A DNA stretch of 49,511 nt. Source: Dehalococcoidia bacterium. GTDB taxonomy: Bacteria; Chloroflexota; Dehalococcoidia; DSTF01; JACRBR01. A program made the translations under genes and the position numbers. Positions 16,589-26,705 of this stretch are shown piece after piece (position 1 is the stretch's first letter; the number at the start of each line of letters is the position of its first letter). The notes beneath the pieces are model-generated. The model saw only the letters and a list, made by a program, of their open reading frames with translations. It was not told the DNA's origin and searched no databases. Location: the NCBI GenBank assembly GCA_041494685.1, contig JBGQBE010000005.1, positions 62,001-111,511 of the forward strand, written 5' to 3'.

Positions 16589-17223
16589 GCGTCCGCCTCG
16601 GCGTCGCCGGCGCGGCGCTTGGGGCGGCGGACGATCTCCGGCGCGATCAGCGGCTTGCCGGTCATCTCGGCGATCGCGTCGGCGACCTTGCGCACTTCGT
16701 CCAGCCCTTCCCTCACCATGGAGCGCGCGACGATGATGTCGCCCACGCGCAGCCGCTTGCCGCTTACCTTGACCAGCACGATCTCCAGTTGCGCCAGATC
16801 CTGCACCTGGCCCTGCGGGCGGTCGCGCGTCACCTCTTCGATGCGGATCTGGTCGATCTTCCAGAACGGGACCAGCTCCGTGGTGCCAACGCCCATGCCC
16901 AGGAACCCCTGCTGCCAGAGGCCGCTCTGCTTCTGCCGCTCGAACACGACGTTCGCGCCGGCGATCGTATAGACGAAGCCGATGCCGGCGAGCGGGATGC
17001 TGAACAGCGCCACGACGAGCAGCAGCAGGACCAGCACGAACGGGAGCCGGTCCAGCCAGAGGATGATCGACACAAAGGCGCCGATTCCCAAGAGGAGGCC
17101 GAATAGAGGGAAGATGGCGGCCGCCAGCGCCGGGCGGACATTGATCTTGTCAGGTTCGATGAACGCCACCCGCCGGTTCAGGTATACGATCTGCTTCGGC
17201 TTCGCGGGTTCCTGACCTGTCAT
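16585..17223 (-). CDS. Hypothetical membrane protein (2 TM segments plus soluble domain)
   Basis: Two long hydrophobic stretches; 4-nt overlap with the GT2 gene; TATAAT upstream of ATG 17223. Confidence 0.7.
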   Translation of the reverse strand: MTGQEPAKPKQIVYLNRRVAFIEPDKINVRPALAAAIFPLFGLLLGIGAFVSIILWLDRLPFVLVLLLLVVALFSIPLAGIGFVYTIAGANVVFERQKQSGLWQQGFLGMGVGTTELVPFWKIDQIRIEEVTRDRPQGQVQDLAQLEIVLVKVSGKRLRVGDIIVARSMVREGLDEVRKVADAIAEMTGKPLIAPEIVRRPKRRAGDAEADA

Positions 17224-17367
17224 ATTGAGGGGATTATAGGGGACGGGGCGGCCGAGGGCCGCACAACGGGCAACGGCCGGGCCGTACAACAGACAACAGG
17301 CAACAGAGGGCCGCGGGAATTACTTGCGGCAGCGCGCAGCAGTCGCAACCGGTAACCTGCCAACGCG

Positions 17368-18042
17368 ATGCGACACGCTATTGACGAACGGGACGCGCGG
17401 CGGTTGCTGGGCGGCGGGCCGGTGGCGCTGATCTCCACCTCCTGGCACGGCGCGCAGAACGTCATGCCGTGCGCGTTCATCACGCCGCTCAGTATCGACC
17501 CGCCGCTGATCGGCGTCGCCGTCCACCCCGGGCGGCACACGCACGACATGATCCGCTTCAGCGAGGAGTTCGCGATCAACATCCCCACGCGGGCGCTGCT
17601 GCACCACGTGCAGTACCTGGGAAGCGTGACGGGCTCGGAGCTGAACAAGCTGGAGCTGACGCGGCTGCCGACGTTCCGCGCGCGTCGCATCGACGCGCCG
17701 CTCCTCGAGGGATGCGTCGGCTGGATCGAGTGCGGCGTGCACGACGCCTACCGGGTCGGCGACCACACGCTGTTCGTCGGCAAGGTGGTGGCCGCGCAGG
17801 CGGAGAAGGATGCGTTCGACGACGGACTGTGGCTGCTTGGGGATCCCGATGAGCGCCCGTTGCACTACCTGGGCGTCAACGCCTACGCCATCCTCGGCGA
17901 CCGCATGGAGGCCCGCATCCCCGCGGCATCCGACATCAAACGCGACGTGGATGCGGGCGCGGCGGAGCTGACCGACGAGGAAGAAGCGGCGCAGCGCAAA
18001 GAGCAGCACGAGCGCGACGAGGAGCAGCAGCAGCGCGGCTGA
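17368..18042 (+). CDS. Flavin reductase / flavoredoxin family protein
   Basis: GPVALIST..NVM..PLS.DPPLIGV, EFAINIP, WIEC and GDHTLFVGKV motifs. Confidence 0.9.
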   Translation: MRHAIDERDARRLLGGGPVALISTSWHGAQNVMPCAFITPLSIDPPLIGVAVHPGRHTHDMIRFSEEFAINIPTRALLHHVQYLGSVTGSELNKLELTRLPTFRARRIDAPLLEGCVGWIECGVHDAYRVGDHTLFVGKVVAAQAEKDAFDDGLWLLGDPDERPLHYLGVNAYAILGDRMEARIPAASDIKRDVDAGAAELTDEEEAAQRKEQHERDEEQQQRG

Positions 18043-18253
18043 CGCGCGACACGCGGGCGCCGGGCGCCGGGCGCCGGGCGCCGATCGCGCAAGACGCGAG
18101 AGAGGCCGGACACCCCGCTTTGTCCGGCCCCTCTACCATCCGGCAATGCGAAGTACCCGCCCCGCCGTCTGGTCCGTATTCGGGAGAGTCGCCTCTCAGG
18201 CACGAGGATAGGACGCGCAGGTTAACGGTGGATTGTCGCCGGTTAACGTTGCG

Positions 18254-19468
18254 TCAGCGCTCGGGCGTGAACTTCACCGGCATGTGCTTGATGCCGTTGA
18301 TGAAGTTGCTGCGCAGTCGCTGTACCCGACCGTCCAGCTCCATATCCGGCAGGCGGCGCAACAGCTCCTCGAACATCACTCGGATCTCCAGCCGCGCGAG
18401 GCTGGCGCCCAGGCAGAAGTGCGGGCCGCCGCCGCCGAACGCCATGTGCGGGTTCGGCGAGCGCCCCACATCGAAGCTGCCTGCGCCTTCGAAGATCGCC
18501 TCGTCCCGGTTCGCGGACGGGTAGTACATCACCACCTTGTCGCCTTCCCGCATCTGCTGGCCGCCCACGACGACGTCGCGCTGGAGCGTGCGCCGGAAGT
18601 AGATCAGCGGCGACACCCAGCGCAGGAACTCCTCGGCGGCGACGGGCAGCAGCCCTGGATCGGCGATCAGCCGGGCGCGCTGCTCCGGGTGTTCGATCAG
18701 CGCGAGCATGGCGCCCGAGATCAGGTTTCGCGTGGTCTCGTTGCCGGCGACGGAGAGCAGGATGAAGAAGCCGTCGAACTCCGCTTCGGAGAGGACTTCG
18801 CCATCGACTTCCGACGACATGAGGATGCTGACGAGATCGACGGCCGGCGCGGCTTTGCGCTGCGTGGCGAGACCGTGCGCGTACATGAACATCTCGGTCG
18901 CGGCCACCTGCCCGTCTTCGGGCGACGTGTGATACTCCGGGTCGTCGAAGCCGACGAGGCGGTTGCTCCAGTTGAAGATGCGCTCGTGGTCCTCCTCCGG
19001 CACGCCGATCAGATCGCAGATCACGCCGAGCGGCAGCAGCGCGGCGACGTCCGTCACGAAGTCGCAGGAGCCGCGCTTCGCGACCGCGGCGACGATGCGG
19101 CGCGTGCGCTCGCGCACGTGAGGCTCGAGCTGCGCCACCATCTTCGGCGTGAAGCCGGCGCTGACGAGGCGGCGGTACTTCGTGTGCTGCGGCGGGTCCA
19201 TGTTGATCAACAGCGTGCGGATCATCGCCATGGCGTCGGGCGGCATATCCTCGATGTTCGTGCCGCCGCGCGACGACGAGAAGAGCGTGTTGTCGTTCGA
19301 CACGGTGACGATGTCCTCGTAACGCGCCAGCGCCCAGTAGCCGGGGCCGTCGGGCTCGGCGTGACGGTAGGCCGGCGACTCGCGGCGCAGCATGGCGAAC
19401 GCTTCATGCGGAATGCCCTGGACGTACGTTTCGGGGCTGTAGAGGTCGAACGATGTCGCCGTGGTCAT
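18254..19468 (-). CDS. Cytochrome P450 (CYP124/125-like)
   Basis: MDPPQH, AGNETT, EEFLR and FGGGGPHFCLG heme motif. Start ATG 19468 overlaps the TetR stop. Confidence 0.95.
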   Translation of the reverse strand: MTTATSFDLYSPETYVQGIPHEAFAMLRRESPAYRHAEPDGPGYWALARYEDIVTVSNDNTLFSSSRGGTNIEDMPPDAMAMIRTLLINMDPPQHTKYRRLVSAGFTPKMVAQLEPHVRERTRRIVAAVAKRGSCDFVTDVAALLPLGVICDLIGVPEEDHERIFNWSNRLVGFDDPEYHTSPEDGQVAATEMFMYAHGLATQRKAAPAVDLVSILMSSEVDGEVLSEAEFDGFFILLSVAGNETTRNLISGAMLALIEHPEQRARLIADPGLLPVAAEEFLRWVSPLIYFRRTLQRDVVVGGQQMREGDKVVMYYPSANRDEAIFEGAGSFDVGRSPNPHMAFGGGGPHFCLGASLARLEIRVMFEELLRRLPDMELDGRVQRLRSNFINGIKHMPVKFTPER

Positions 19469-20157
19469 GCCCGGTGTGACTCCTTGCCCGCGCCGAGCAT
19501 CGTGCCTGGCGCGGCAACTGGCGCGGCCGCGCCGATGAGCAACGCGACCGCCTTCCTGATGAACAGCCGCTGGCGTGCTACCGCCGGCGCGCTGCGCGGA
19601 TCTTCCGGCAGCAGCGCTTGCAGCAGCGACGCGTCCGCGAAGTAGCCGAAGATGAGGTGGTAGAGCGCCGCCGCGAGGTGCGGCAGCTCGGACGGCTGCC
19701 ACGGCCCGCCGGCGTCCTGCAGGATCCGCACGCCGAGCGCGTAGAGCGGCTGCAGCATGCGGGGCATGGCGTCGCGCGCGTACGGGCTGTCGTCCAGCGC
19801 CGCACGGTGCATCAGGCGCGCCAGGTGCGGGCGCGCGATCAGCACGTCGAACACGCCGTCCAGGTAGGGGGACGCCGCGGCCGGATCGCCGCGCAGCGAT
19901 CCTGCGCGCTCGCTGGCGGCGACAAGCTCGGTGATCGCGTCGATACCGCGCGCGAGGACGGCGGCGTAGATCGCCTGCTTGCCGCCGGGAAAGTGGTGGT
20001 AGAGGCTGGCCTGGTTCTTCAGCCCGGCGTCCGCGGCGATCTCGCGCACGGAGACGCCGTCGAAGCCGGCGCCGGCGAAGCGGGCCTCGGCGGCGTCGAG
20101 GATCGCGTCGCGCATCGATACGGGCGTCTGTGGCAGCGGAGCGGCGACGGCTGACAT
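19465..20157 (-). CDS. TetR/AcrR family transcriptional regulator
   Basis: ILDAAEARFA..GFDGVSVREIA..ASLYHHFPGGK HTH. Confidence 0.92.
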   Translation of the reverse strand: MSAVAAPLPQTPVSMRDAILDAAEARFAGAGFDGVSVREIAADAGLKNQASLYHHFPGGKQAIYAAVLARGIDAITELVAASERAGSLRGDPAAASPYLDGVFDVLIARPHLARLMHRAALDDSPYARDAMPRMLQPLYALGVRILQDAGGPWQPSELPHLAAALYHLIFGYFADASLLQALLPEDPRSAPAVARQRLFIRKAVALLIGAAAPVAAPGTMLGAGKESHRA

Positions 20158-20164
20158 GGCGGGG

Positions 20165-20194
20165 ATCGTACTCAAACAAACGTTTGTTTGTCAA
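20165..20194 (-). promoter_or_regulatory. tetR-P450 promoter with perfect palindromic operator
   Basis: TTGACA (20189-20194), 18 bp, TACGAT (20165-20170). The perfect palindrome CAAACAAACGTTTGTTTG (20173-20190) fills the spacer. Confidence 0.85.
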
Positions 20195-20275
20195 GAGCCG
20201 CCGGCGGGGCAACGCGACTACTTCAGCTTGAACGACCCGCTGAACGCACCGGACAGCGACTGGTGCCTGGGCGGG

Positions 20276-21934
20276 TCACTGCTCCTCGTGCAGGGTGACC
20301 GTGCCCGCCGCACCGTCGACGGTGACGCGCTGGCCGTCGCGGATGCGACGCGTGGCGCCGCTGGCACCGCAGACGCACGGGATGCCGTACTCGCGCGCGA
20401 CGATCGCGCTGTGCGACAGCATGCCGCCGGAGTCCGTCACGACGCCCGCGGCGACCGCGAAGAGCGGCGTCCACGCGGGCATCGTCATCTCGCAGACCAG
20501 GATGTCGCCCGGGCGCAGGCGGTCCGTCTCGTCGAGCGTGCTGACGACGCAGGCCGGGCCGGTGACCGTGCCACGGCTTGCGGCGGTGCCGCGCAGCACG
20601 TTGCTGTGCTCGTCCTGCTCCACCACCTCGCCGAAGAAGCGGTTGAAGCCGCCCAGCGCCGGCTCGTCCAGCATCTCTTGCGGCCAGGGCGTGCCGAGCG
20701 TCGCCGGCGGGCGCGTCCGCGCCTGCTCCTGTCGCAACGCCGCGCGCTCCGCGACGATCTCGGCCCAGTCGCGCGACGCGGGAGCGCGCAGCGCGTCCTT
20801 CACCTCGTCGACGGTGAGGTGGAAGACGTCCTCCGCCACGGCGAGCGCGTCGGCGGCGGCGAGGCGGCGGCCCGCCTCGAGCGGGGGCAGGCGCATGAGC
20901 ACGGTGGTCATCTGGTCGATGTAGAAGTTGTGGTCCTCCTGCACGGGCAGGTACTGCTGGCACGCCGCGATCAGCAGCCGCAGCATCGGGCCGGCCGGAT
21001 GCGCGTCGATCTCCGGTCCGAGGCGGTCGAGCAGTGCCTCCCGCTCGCGCGCCGCCTGCGCGGTGCGGAGCGCGGGGTCCATGTGCTCGGGCTGCGACAG
21101 GAAGTCGCGCAGGGTGGCCAGGGGCATCGTGGGATCTTCGATCTGCGGCGGGTCCGCGTACTCGAACGCGCCGGTGCGCCAGCCGTACTCGCCCAGGTAC
21201 GCGTCGAGCTTCGCCTTGAACCCCAGCCCGTCCTCCGTGGTGCCGAGCAGCGGCACGATGCGCTTCACCGGCGTGCCTGCGATCAGTTTCGCGACCGAGG
21301 GCGCCGCAAGCGCCTCGCGGCTCAGCTTCCAGAGCGCGGCGCCGGCCTCGACGGTCTTGTTCGGGTGCCCCGTGAACAGCAGCGCCGACTCGTCACGCCG
21401 ATCCTCGCCGAAGGCGGCGCCCCACACGTTCGCCAGCTCGTTCGCCGCGAAGAGCACGGGGATGACGACCTGCATATGCACGTCCCAGAGCCGCTCACGG
21501 ATGCGCAGCGACTCGTCGATCTGCGCGATCAGCGCGTCGGTGGACGCGGCGGCGTAATCGAAGTCGCGGAGGCGGGCGTTGTGCTCCATCACCTCGGGCA
21601 GGAAGGTGGCGTGCCATTCGTCGAGCAGGCCGTTGAGGCGGTTGAGCACCGCCGCCTGCACGTTCGGCAGCCAGGCGGCGACGTCGGTGTCGTCGAACTC
21701 GACGGCGTTGTAGTTGTAACCGTTGAAGTTGGCCAGCAGGTACGAGACGGGGATACCGTACGAGCGGAACCCCGCGGACGCGCCGCGGCTCATCGCCGGG
21801 ACTTCGACGCTGACCGTGTACGCGCACATGGGGCGCGGGAAGTGCATCTGGTCCCATATCCACCACAGCCGCTCGGCGTCCGCGCCGATGCCCTCCGCGC
21901 CTGTCGCCGCTCCAGGTGATGCCTGCTCAGTCAC
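20276..21934 (-). CDS. PEP-utilizing phosphohistidine-domain protein (rifampin-phosphotransferase-like, no ATP-grasp domain)
   Basis: C-terminal GDILVC..T.PAWTPLF..VTDSGGMLSHSAIVAREYGIP swivel domain preceded by a long helical region. Confidence 0.8.
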   Translation of the reverse strand: MTEQASPGAATGAEGIGADAERLWWIWDQMHFPRPMCAYTVSVEVPAMSRGASAGFRSYGIPVSYLLANFNGYNYNAVEFDDTDVAAWLPNVQAAVLNRLNGLLDEWHATFLPEVMEHNARLRDFDYAAASTDALIAQIDESLRIRERLWDVHMQVVIPVLFAANELANVWGAAFGEDRRDESALLFTGHPNKTVEAGAALWKLSREALAAPSVAKLIAGTPVKRIVPLLGTTEDGLGFKAKLDAYLGEYGWRTGAFEYADPPQIEDPTMPLATLRDFLSQPEHMDPALRTAQAAREREALLDRLGPEIDAHPAGPMLRLLIAACQQYLPVQEDHNFYIDQMTTVLMRLPPLEAGRRLAAADALAVAEDVFHLTVDEVKDALRAPASRDWAEIVAERAALRQEQARTRPPATLGTPWPQEMLDEPALGGFNRFFGEVVEQDEHSNVLRGTAASRGTVTGPACVVSTLDETDRLRPGDILVCEMTMPAWTPLFAVAAGVVTDSGGMLSHSAIVAREYGIPCVCGASGATRRIRDGQRVTVDGAAGTVTLHEEQ

Positions 21935-22466
21935 CCGCGCCCTCCCCCGTATGCTTCGCGCGCTCCGCGTCCTGCAATCCGACGATCGTCTCCGCGCTGC
22001 GGCCGTAGATGTCCGGCACGTCCCAACCGTTGATGCCGGCGTAGGTATCGATCTGGCTGCGGTGATGGATGTCGTGCTCCAGCATCATCATCAGTACGCG
22101 CCAGCCGCTCAGCACGCCGCCGCTGTCGATCATCTCGACCTTGCGGCGCAGCCACGCGTCCGGCGCGCCCGCAAGCGCGGCGTGCAGTTGGCGAGCGCTC
22201 TGCTCCAGGGCAGGCAGCCAGAGCGCGCGCGACGACACATCCGGCGGGCGCGGGCTGATCCAGCCCTCGCCGCGATACGCGCTGGCGAAATAGAGCCGTG
22301 AGCCGGCCATGTGGCCGACGAGCGTGTTGATGCTCCACGCGCCCTCGCCCGCGCCCGCAGCGGGCGTCCAGCCATCGGCGGCTGGAGGGAGCGCGCCGAC
22401 ATCGCGCAGCGCGCGGCGGTGCACGGCGTCGAAGTAGCGCAGGAAGTCCGCGATGGTCGTGATCAT
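21927..22466 (-). CDS. DinB family protein
   Basis: WSINTLVGHM and EHDIHHRSQI His motifs; overlaps the next gene. Confidence 0.85.
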   Translation of the reverse strand: MITTIADFLRYFDAVHRRALRDVGALPPAADGWTPAAGAGEGAWSINTLVGHMAGSRLYFASAYRGEGWISPRPPDVSSRALWLPALEQSARQLHAALAGAPDAWLRRKVEMIDSGGVLSGWRVLMMMLEHDIHHRSQIDTYAGINGWDVPDIYGRSAETIVGLQDAERAKHTGEGAGD

Positions 22467-22541
22467 CAGTGCACCCGAAGTGACGAGCGGTCTGCGTCAC
22501 ATGGTGCCGTCACCGGGCGCTACGAACAACCGCGGGGACGG

Positions 22542-23372
22542 TCACCGCAGGATCTCGTCGACAGTCTCGAAGGCGTAGCCCTGCGCGCGCAGCGCGGCGA
22601 TGACGCGCGGCAGCGCCTCGGCGTCGTGCGACTCGGCGCCGACGTGCATCTCGTAGATTGCGCCGGGCGCGGCGCCCGCGATGCAACGCGCCAAGATATC
22701 GTCCGCGGACGCGCCCTGCCAGCCGAGCGTATCGACGCTCCACATGACGACCGTGCCAAAGCCCGCCGTCGCCGCGTCGCGGAGGACGCTGTCATCGAGG
22801 TCGCCGTAGGGCGGCCGGAAATAGGGGCGCGTGCTGCGCTGCGTCAGGTGGTAGACGGTGGTCTCGGTGCGCGAGAGCTCCAGCGCGCGCTGCTCCGCGG
22901 TGAGCGGCGCCGTGTTCGTCGACCGGCCGGTGAAGGACGCGTGGTGGTATGTGTGGTTGATCAACTGGTGGCCGTCGGCGGCGATGGACAGGGCGAGGTC
23001 GCGGTGCTGCTCCACCCACAACCCCGTGACGCCGAACGTCGCGCGTATGCCCTCGCCGCGGAGCGTCGCCAGGATCGCGAGGGTGTTGCCGGCATCGGCG
23101 CCCGCGTCGAACGTCAGTGCGACGGCGCGGCGGGAGGTGACGCCGTGGTACACGGCGGTCGCCGGCCCGGCGGACGGCACGGTAGGGGGCAGGATGGGCC
23201 GTACGGTAGATGTGGCCAAGGGCGTGAGCGTCAGAATGAGGGGCGGCGTCGCCGAAGCAGCCGCGACGGATGTCGGCGTGAGCGACGGCGGAGCCGCCGA
23301 TCTGCACGCGGCGGCAGCGAGTACGAGCGCGCAGAGGAGGGCGATGGCGGAGGACGGGCGGGCCGGTCGCAT
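22542..23372 (-). CDS. Polysaccharide deacetylase (CE4/NodB) lipoprotein
   Basis: Lipobox LAAAAC; ALTFDAG, NHTYHH, FRPPYG, WSVDTLGW and MHVG motifs. Start at 23372 or 23381. Confidence 0.88.
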   Translation of the reverse strand: MRPARPSSAIALLCALVLAAAACRSAAPPSLTPTSVAAASATPPLILTLTPLATSTVRPILPPTVPSAGPATAVYHGVTSRRAVALTFDAGADAGNTLAILATLRGEGIRATFGVTGLWVEQHRDLALSIAADGHQLINHTYHHASFTGRSTNTAPLTAEQRALELSRTETTVYHLTQRSTRPYFRPPYGDLDDSVLRDAATAGFGTVVMWSVDTLGWQGASADDILARCIAGAAPGAIYEMHVGAESHDAEALPRVIAALRAQGYAFETVDEILR

Positions 23373-23530
23373 CGAGGACATTGTCACAGACCGCGCCGGC
23401 ACGTGGTGGGCACACACGACCCCATGACGGCAGAGCGTATCGCGATCAGGCCGCGGACCTGCGGGAAAACCCGTACGGCGCGCCGATCGCGGGTGCGCTA
23501 TCTTCGAGACGAACAGGAGGCAGCCCCGCG

Positions 23531-24535
23531 ATGGCAGACGACATCTTCGACCTGACGATCATCGGCGCCGGCCCGACAGGGCTGTTCGCCGCCTTCTACG
23601 CCGGCCTGCGCGAGATGAAGACCAAGGTCATCGAGGCGCTGCCGGAGCCCGGCGGCCAGCTGGCGGTGCTGTACCCGGAGAAGATGATCTACGACGTGCC
23701 GGGCCACCCGAAGATCCTGGCGCAGGACCTGGTGAAGCTGCTGATGGCGCAGGTGGCGCTTTTCGAGCCGACGTTCGTCTACGGCACGCGCATCGAGACG
23801 CTGACGCGCGCGATGGCCGGCAGCGAGGAGGTGTGGCGGCTGGGCACCGAGACGGAGGCGCACCTCAGCCGCACGGTGCTGATCAGCGGCGGCATCGGCG
23901 CGTTCCAGCCGACGAAGATCGACAAGCCCGGCGTGTCCGACTACGAGGGACACGGGGTGTTTTACTTCGTGAAGGACAAGCGGCCGTTCCGCGGCAAGCG
24001 GATCCTGGTCGTGGGCGGCGGCGACACCGCGGTGGACTGGTGTCTCAACCTGAAGGACTGGGCGAAGGAGATCACGCTGATCCACCGCCGCGAACAGTTC
24101 CGCGCGCACGAGGCCAACCTGGCGGCGCTCCGCGCGAGCGGCATCCCCGTGCACACCTACCACGAGGTGAAGCGCGTCTATGGCGAGAGCGAGGTGCAGG
24201 GCGCCACGATCTTCGACAACCGCACGGGCGAAGAGCAGGAGCTGCAGGTAGACGCCGTGCTGGTGAACATCGGCTTCAAGGCCGCGCTGGGGCCGATCGA
24301 GAAATGGGGGCTGGAGCTTGCGGACAACCGCCACATCCGCACCGACGGCTTCATGAAGACGAACCTGAAGGACGTCTTCGCCGCCGGCGACATCGCCGCT
24401 GTTGACGGATCGGAGCCGCTGAACCTGATCGTGACCGGGTTCGGCCAGGCGGCCGTCGCGGCCAACGCCGCGCGCCGCGCCGTCTCGCCGGACGCGCGCC
24501 TGTTCCCCGGCCACTCCAGCGAATTGAAGCTATAA
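23531..24535 (+). CDS. Ferredoxin--NADP(+) reductase, TrxR-like (YumC type)
   Basis: IGAGPTGLFAAFYAGLR, GGQL..LYPEK.IYD, GGGDTAVDW and C-terminal GHSS; no CxxC; AGGAGG RBS. Confidence 0.88.
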   Translation: MADDIFDLTIIGAGPTGLFAAFYAGLREMKTKVIEALPEPGGQLAVLYPEKMIYDVPGHPKILAQDLVKLLMAQVALFEPTFVYGTRIETLTRAMAGSEEVWRLGTETEAHLSRTVLISGGIGAFQPTKIDKPGVSDYEGHGVFYFVKDKRPFRGKRILVVGGGDTAVDWCLNLKDWAKEITLIHRREQFRAHEANLAALRASGIPVHTYHEVKRVYGESEVQGATIFDNRTGEEQELQVDAVLVNIGFKAALGPIEKWGLELADNRHIRTDGFMKTNLKDVFAAGDIAAVDGSEPLNLIVTGFGQAAVAANAARRAVSPDARLFPGHSSELKL

Positions 24536-24564
24536 CGCCGCCAATCGGCGACGAAACGCGAACG

Positions 24565-25371
24565 CTACGCGTCTGGATCGGGCGCGGTGAAGATCGCCTG
24601 AAAGCGCGACGGATCGAGGCGGAGGAGCGCGGCGTAGCGGCGCGCGGTCGCCAGGTCGCCATCATCGCCGGTCTCGCGATAGCGGTTGAACGCATCCAGC
24701 ATCTTGTCGCCGATCAGCTCCATGTCGAAGCCCATGATGTAACGGGCGCTCATCTCGTTGAGCGCGTCGGCGTAGACCTCGAAGTGCTCCGCGAGCTTCG
24801 CGAGCGTGTCGCGCTGCGGCTGCTCCGCTTCACGCCGGTCCGCCGCCATGCGATACATCGTCTTGCCCGTGCTGACGTAGTAGCCGCGATCGACCGACGG
24901 GGCGTCGCGTCGGCGCAGGTGTGTGTCCGCGGCACGGCGCCGCGGCCGCAAGCTCTCCGGGAAGACGCCGGCCAGGAAGAGCGCGCCATCCGCGTACTGC
25001 CGGTACGCCTCGAAGACGTTGTCGCAGCCAGGCGGCAGCGATTCACCGCTCAGCATGTCGGAGAAGTAGAGGCGGCGAGGGCGCCCCCGTTCGTCGGGCG
25101 GGAAGAGGCGCCGGGCGTCGAGCTGCGAGTCGAGCAGCGCACCCAGGTAGTCGATGACGCCGGCGTGGCAGCTGTGCCGGCCGACGTACAGCACCTTGAT
25201 CACAAAGAGGTCGAAGAGCGCGCGCGTCGGCAGGTCACACACCTCACCGATACCGTCATAGATCTCGCTGACGAGTTCATCGACCGCCCGCGCGAAGCGT
25301 GCATCGGCGGCGTTCCGGCCGTCGTTGCCGGCGATGATCTGCTTCAGCTCGTTGACGCGCTGCTCAAGCAT
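24565..25371 (-). CDS. Hypothetical all-helical protein
   Basis: 268 aa, host-like codons, conserved-looking ADGALFLAGVFPE and YYVSTGKTMY segments. Confidence 0.7.
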   Translation of the reverse strand: MLEQRVNELKQIIAGNDGRNAADARFARAVDELVSEIYDGIGEVCDLPTRALFDLFVIKVLYVGRHSCHAGVIDYLGALLDSQLDARRLFPPDERGRPRRLYFSDMLSGESLPPGCDNVFEAYRQYADGALFLAGVFPESLRPRRRAADTHLRRRDAPSVDRGYYVSTGKTMYRMAADRREAEQPQRDTLAKLAEHFEVYADALNEMSARYIMGFDMELIGDKMLDAFNRYRETGDDGDLATARRYAALLRLDPSRFQAIFTAPDPDA

Positions 25372-25525
25372 CGCTTCTTGATTCTAGCGGGATCAGGGGC
25401 GCCCGGCGGCACGGGCGTGACCATTCCGCTACAGAGATGCTCGGCAAGGCGCTGCCAAAGGTGGTGCGGGGTTTCCCTGAGAGGCGGCACGGTTCCCGCA
25501 CGCGCCGCGAGCCCCAGGCCCGCGA

Positions 25526-26641
25526 TCACGGCGCGAGCGCCGCGCTGGCCGCCTCGACGCGATCGAGGATCTGCGCCGCCTCGGCCGGATCGGCAAGGCG
25601 CGGCTGGTACTGGCCGTAGATGTGCACCGGCAGGAAGCGCGTCGCCGTCAGGTGCGTGCCGCTGAAGGTGACGTCGAGCAGGGCGCCCTGCTGCGTCTCC
25701 AGCGACCAGTCCTGGTCGAAGACGAAGTTGCCGAGCGCGTACGCGACGAAGGTAGCGCCGATCCGCTCGTGCGCCTGCACCCAGTGCGGATGGTTGCCCA
25801 CGACCAGGTCCGCCCCCGCCGCCGCCGCCGCGCGTGCGAACGCCCGCTGCCGCTCCGACGGCCAGGCGGTGTACTCGATGCCCCAGTGCGGGATGACGAT
25901 CACGACGTCCGCGACTCTGCGCGCCGCGGCCACGTCCTCGGCGATCGTGTCAGGATCGAGCGGCGCGGAGCCGGGGCTGTCGGCGGTGGCGTGGTAGTAG
26001 TCGGCGATGTCGTCGTACGCGAGGAACGCGAACGCCACGCCGTTGCGCCTGACGACGACCGGAGCGCGCGCCTCGGCCAGGTTGCGACCGCTGCCGACGG
26101 GCTCGATGCCAGCCGCGCGCAGGTTCGCGTCCGTCTCCAGCATCGCCCGGTCGCCGCACGACGCGGTACCGCAGTCCTTGATGTGGTTCGCGGCGTGCGA
26201 GATCACGTCGTAGCCGGCATAAGCGAACCCCCGCACCGCCGCCGCCGGCGCCATCAGCGAGAACGTCGCGACGCAGCCGTACGGCGTGCCCGCGTCCGAC
26301 GCGGTAGCGTCGAGCGTGCCGATGGTGATGTCCGCGGCGGTCAGCAGGTCGTGCAGCGGCTGGAACGGCAACGTGAAGTCCCCGCCAAGATTACGGATCT
26401 TCGCCAGCGTGCACCGCGCCGGGATGAGATCGCCAGTGAACAGCAGTCGCGTGACCTGCTCCACCGTCGCCGCCGCCGTCGGTATCGGTATCGTCGTTGG
26501 CGTCGCCGCAGCCGTCGCCGACACCACCGGCACCGCCGCAGTCGGCATGCGAGCCCCCGAACCCGCCAAGCACCCCGCCGCCACCACCGCCAGCATCAGC
26601 GCCGCGACGAAGCAGAACGGGAGTCGGGCGCGCGCTGCCAT
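25526..26641 (-). CDS. CapA/PGA_cap family metallophosphatase-like lipoprotein
   Basis: Lipobox VAAGC; TGDL, AANHIKD, PHWGIEY, GNHPHWVQ and YALGNFVFDQ motifs. Confidence 0.9.
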   Translation of the reverse strand: MAARARLPFCFVAALMLAVVAAGCLAGSGARMPTAAVPVVSATAAATPTTIPIPTAAATVEQVTRLLFTGDLIPARCTLAKIRNLGGDFTLPFQPLHDLLTAADITIGTLDATASDAGTPYGCVATFSLMAPAAAVRGFAYAGYDVISHAANHIKDCGTASCGDRAMLETDANLRAAGIEPVGSGRNLAEARAPVVVRRNGVAFAFLAYDDIADYYHATADSPGSAPLDPDTIAEDVAAARRVADVVIVIPHWGIEYTAWPSERQRAFARAAAAAGADLVVGNHPHWVQAHERIGATFVAYALGNFVFDQDWSLETQQGALLDVTFSGTHLTATRFLPVHIYGQYQPRLADPAEAAQILDRVEAASAALAP

Positions 26642-26705
26642 CGCCCGCAGTGTATCGCCGCCCGCTGTGCTCCAGACGTAGCGCAGCAGTCAAAACGGCC
26701 TACAG

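Noticed and set aside
18254..20212. 652-aa extended P450 ORF suggesting a fusion
   Set aside because: The extension overlaps tetR in another frame and is low-complexity. The real start is ATG 19468.
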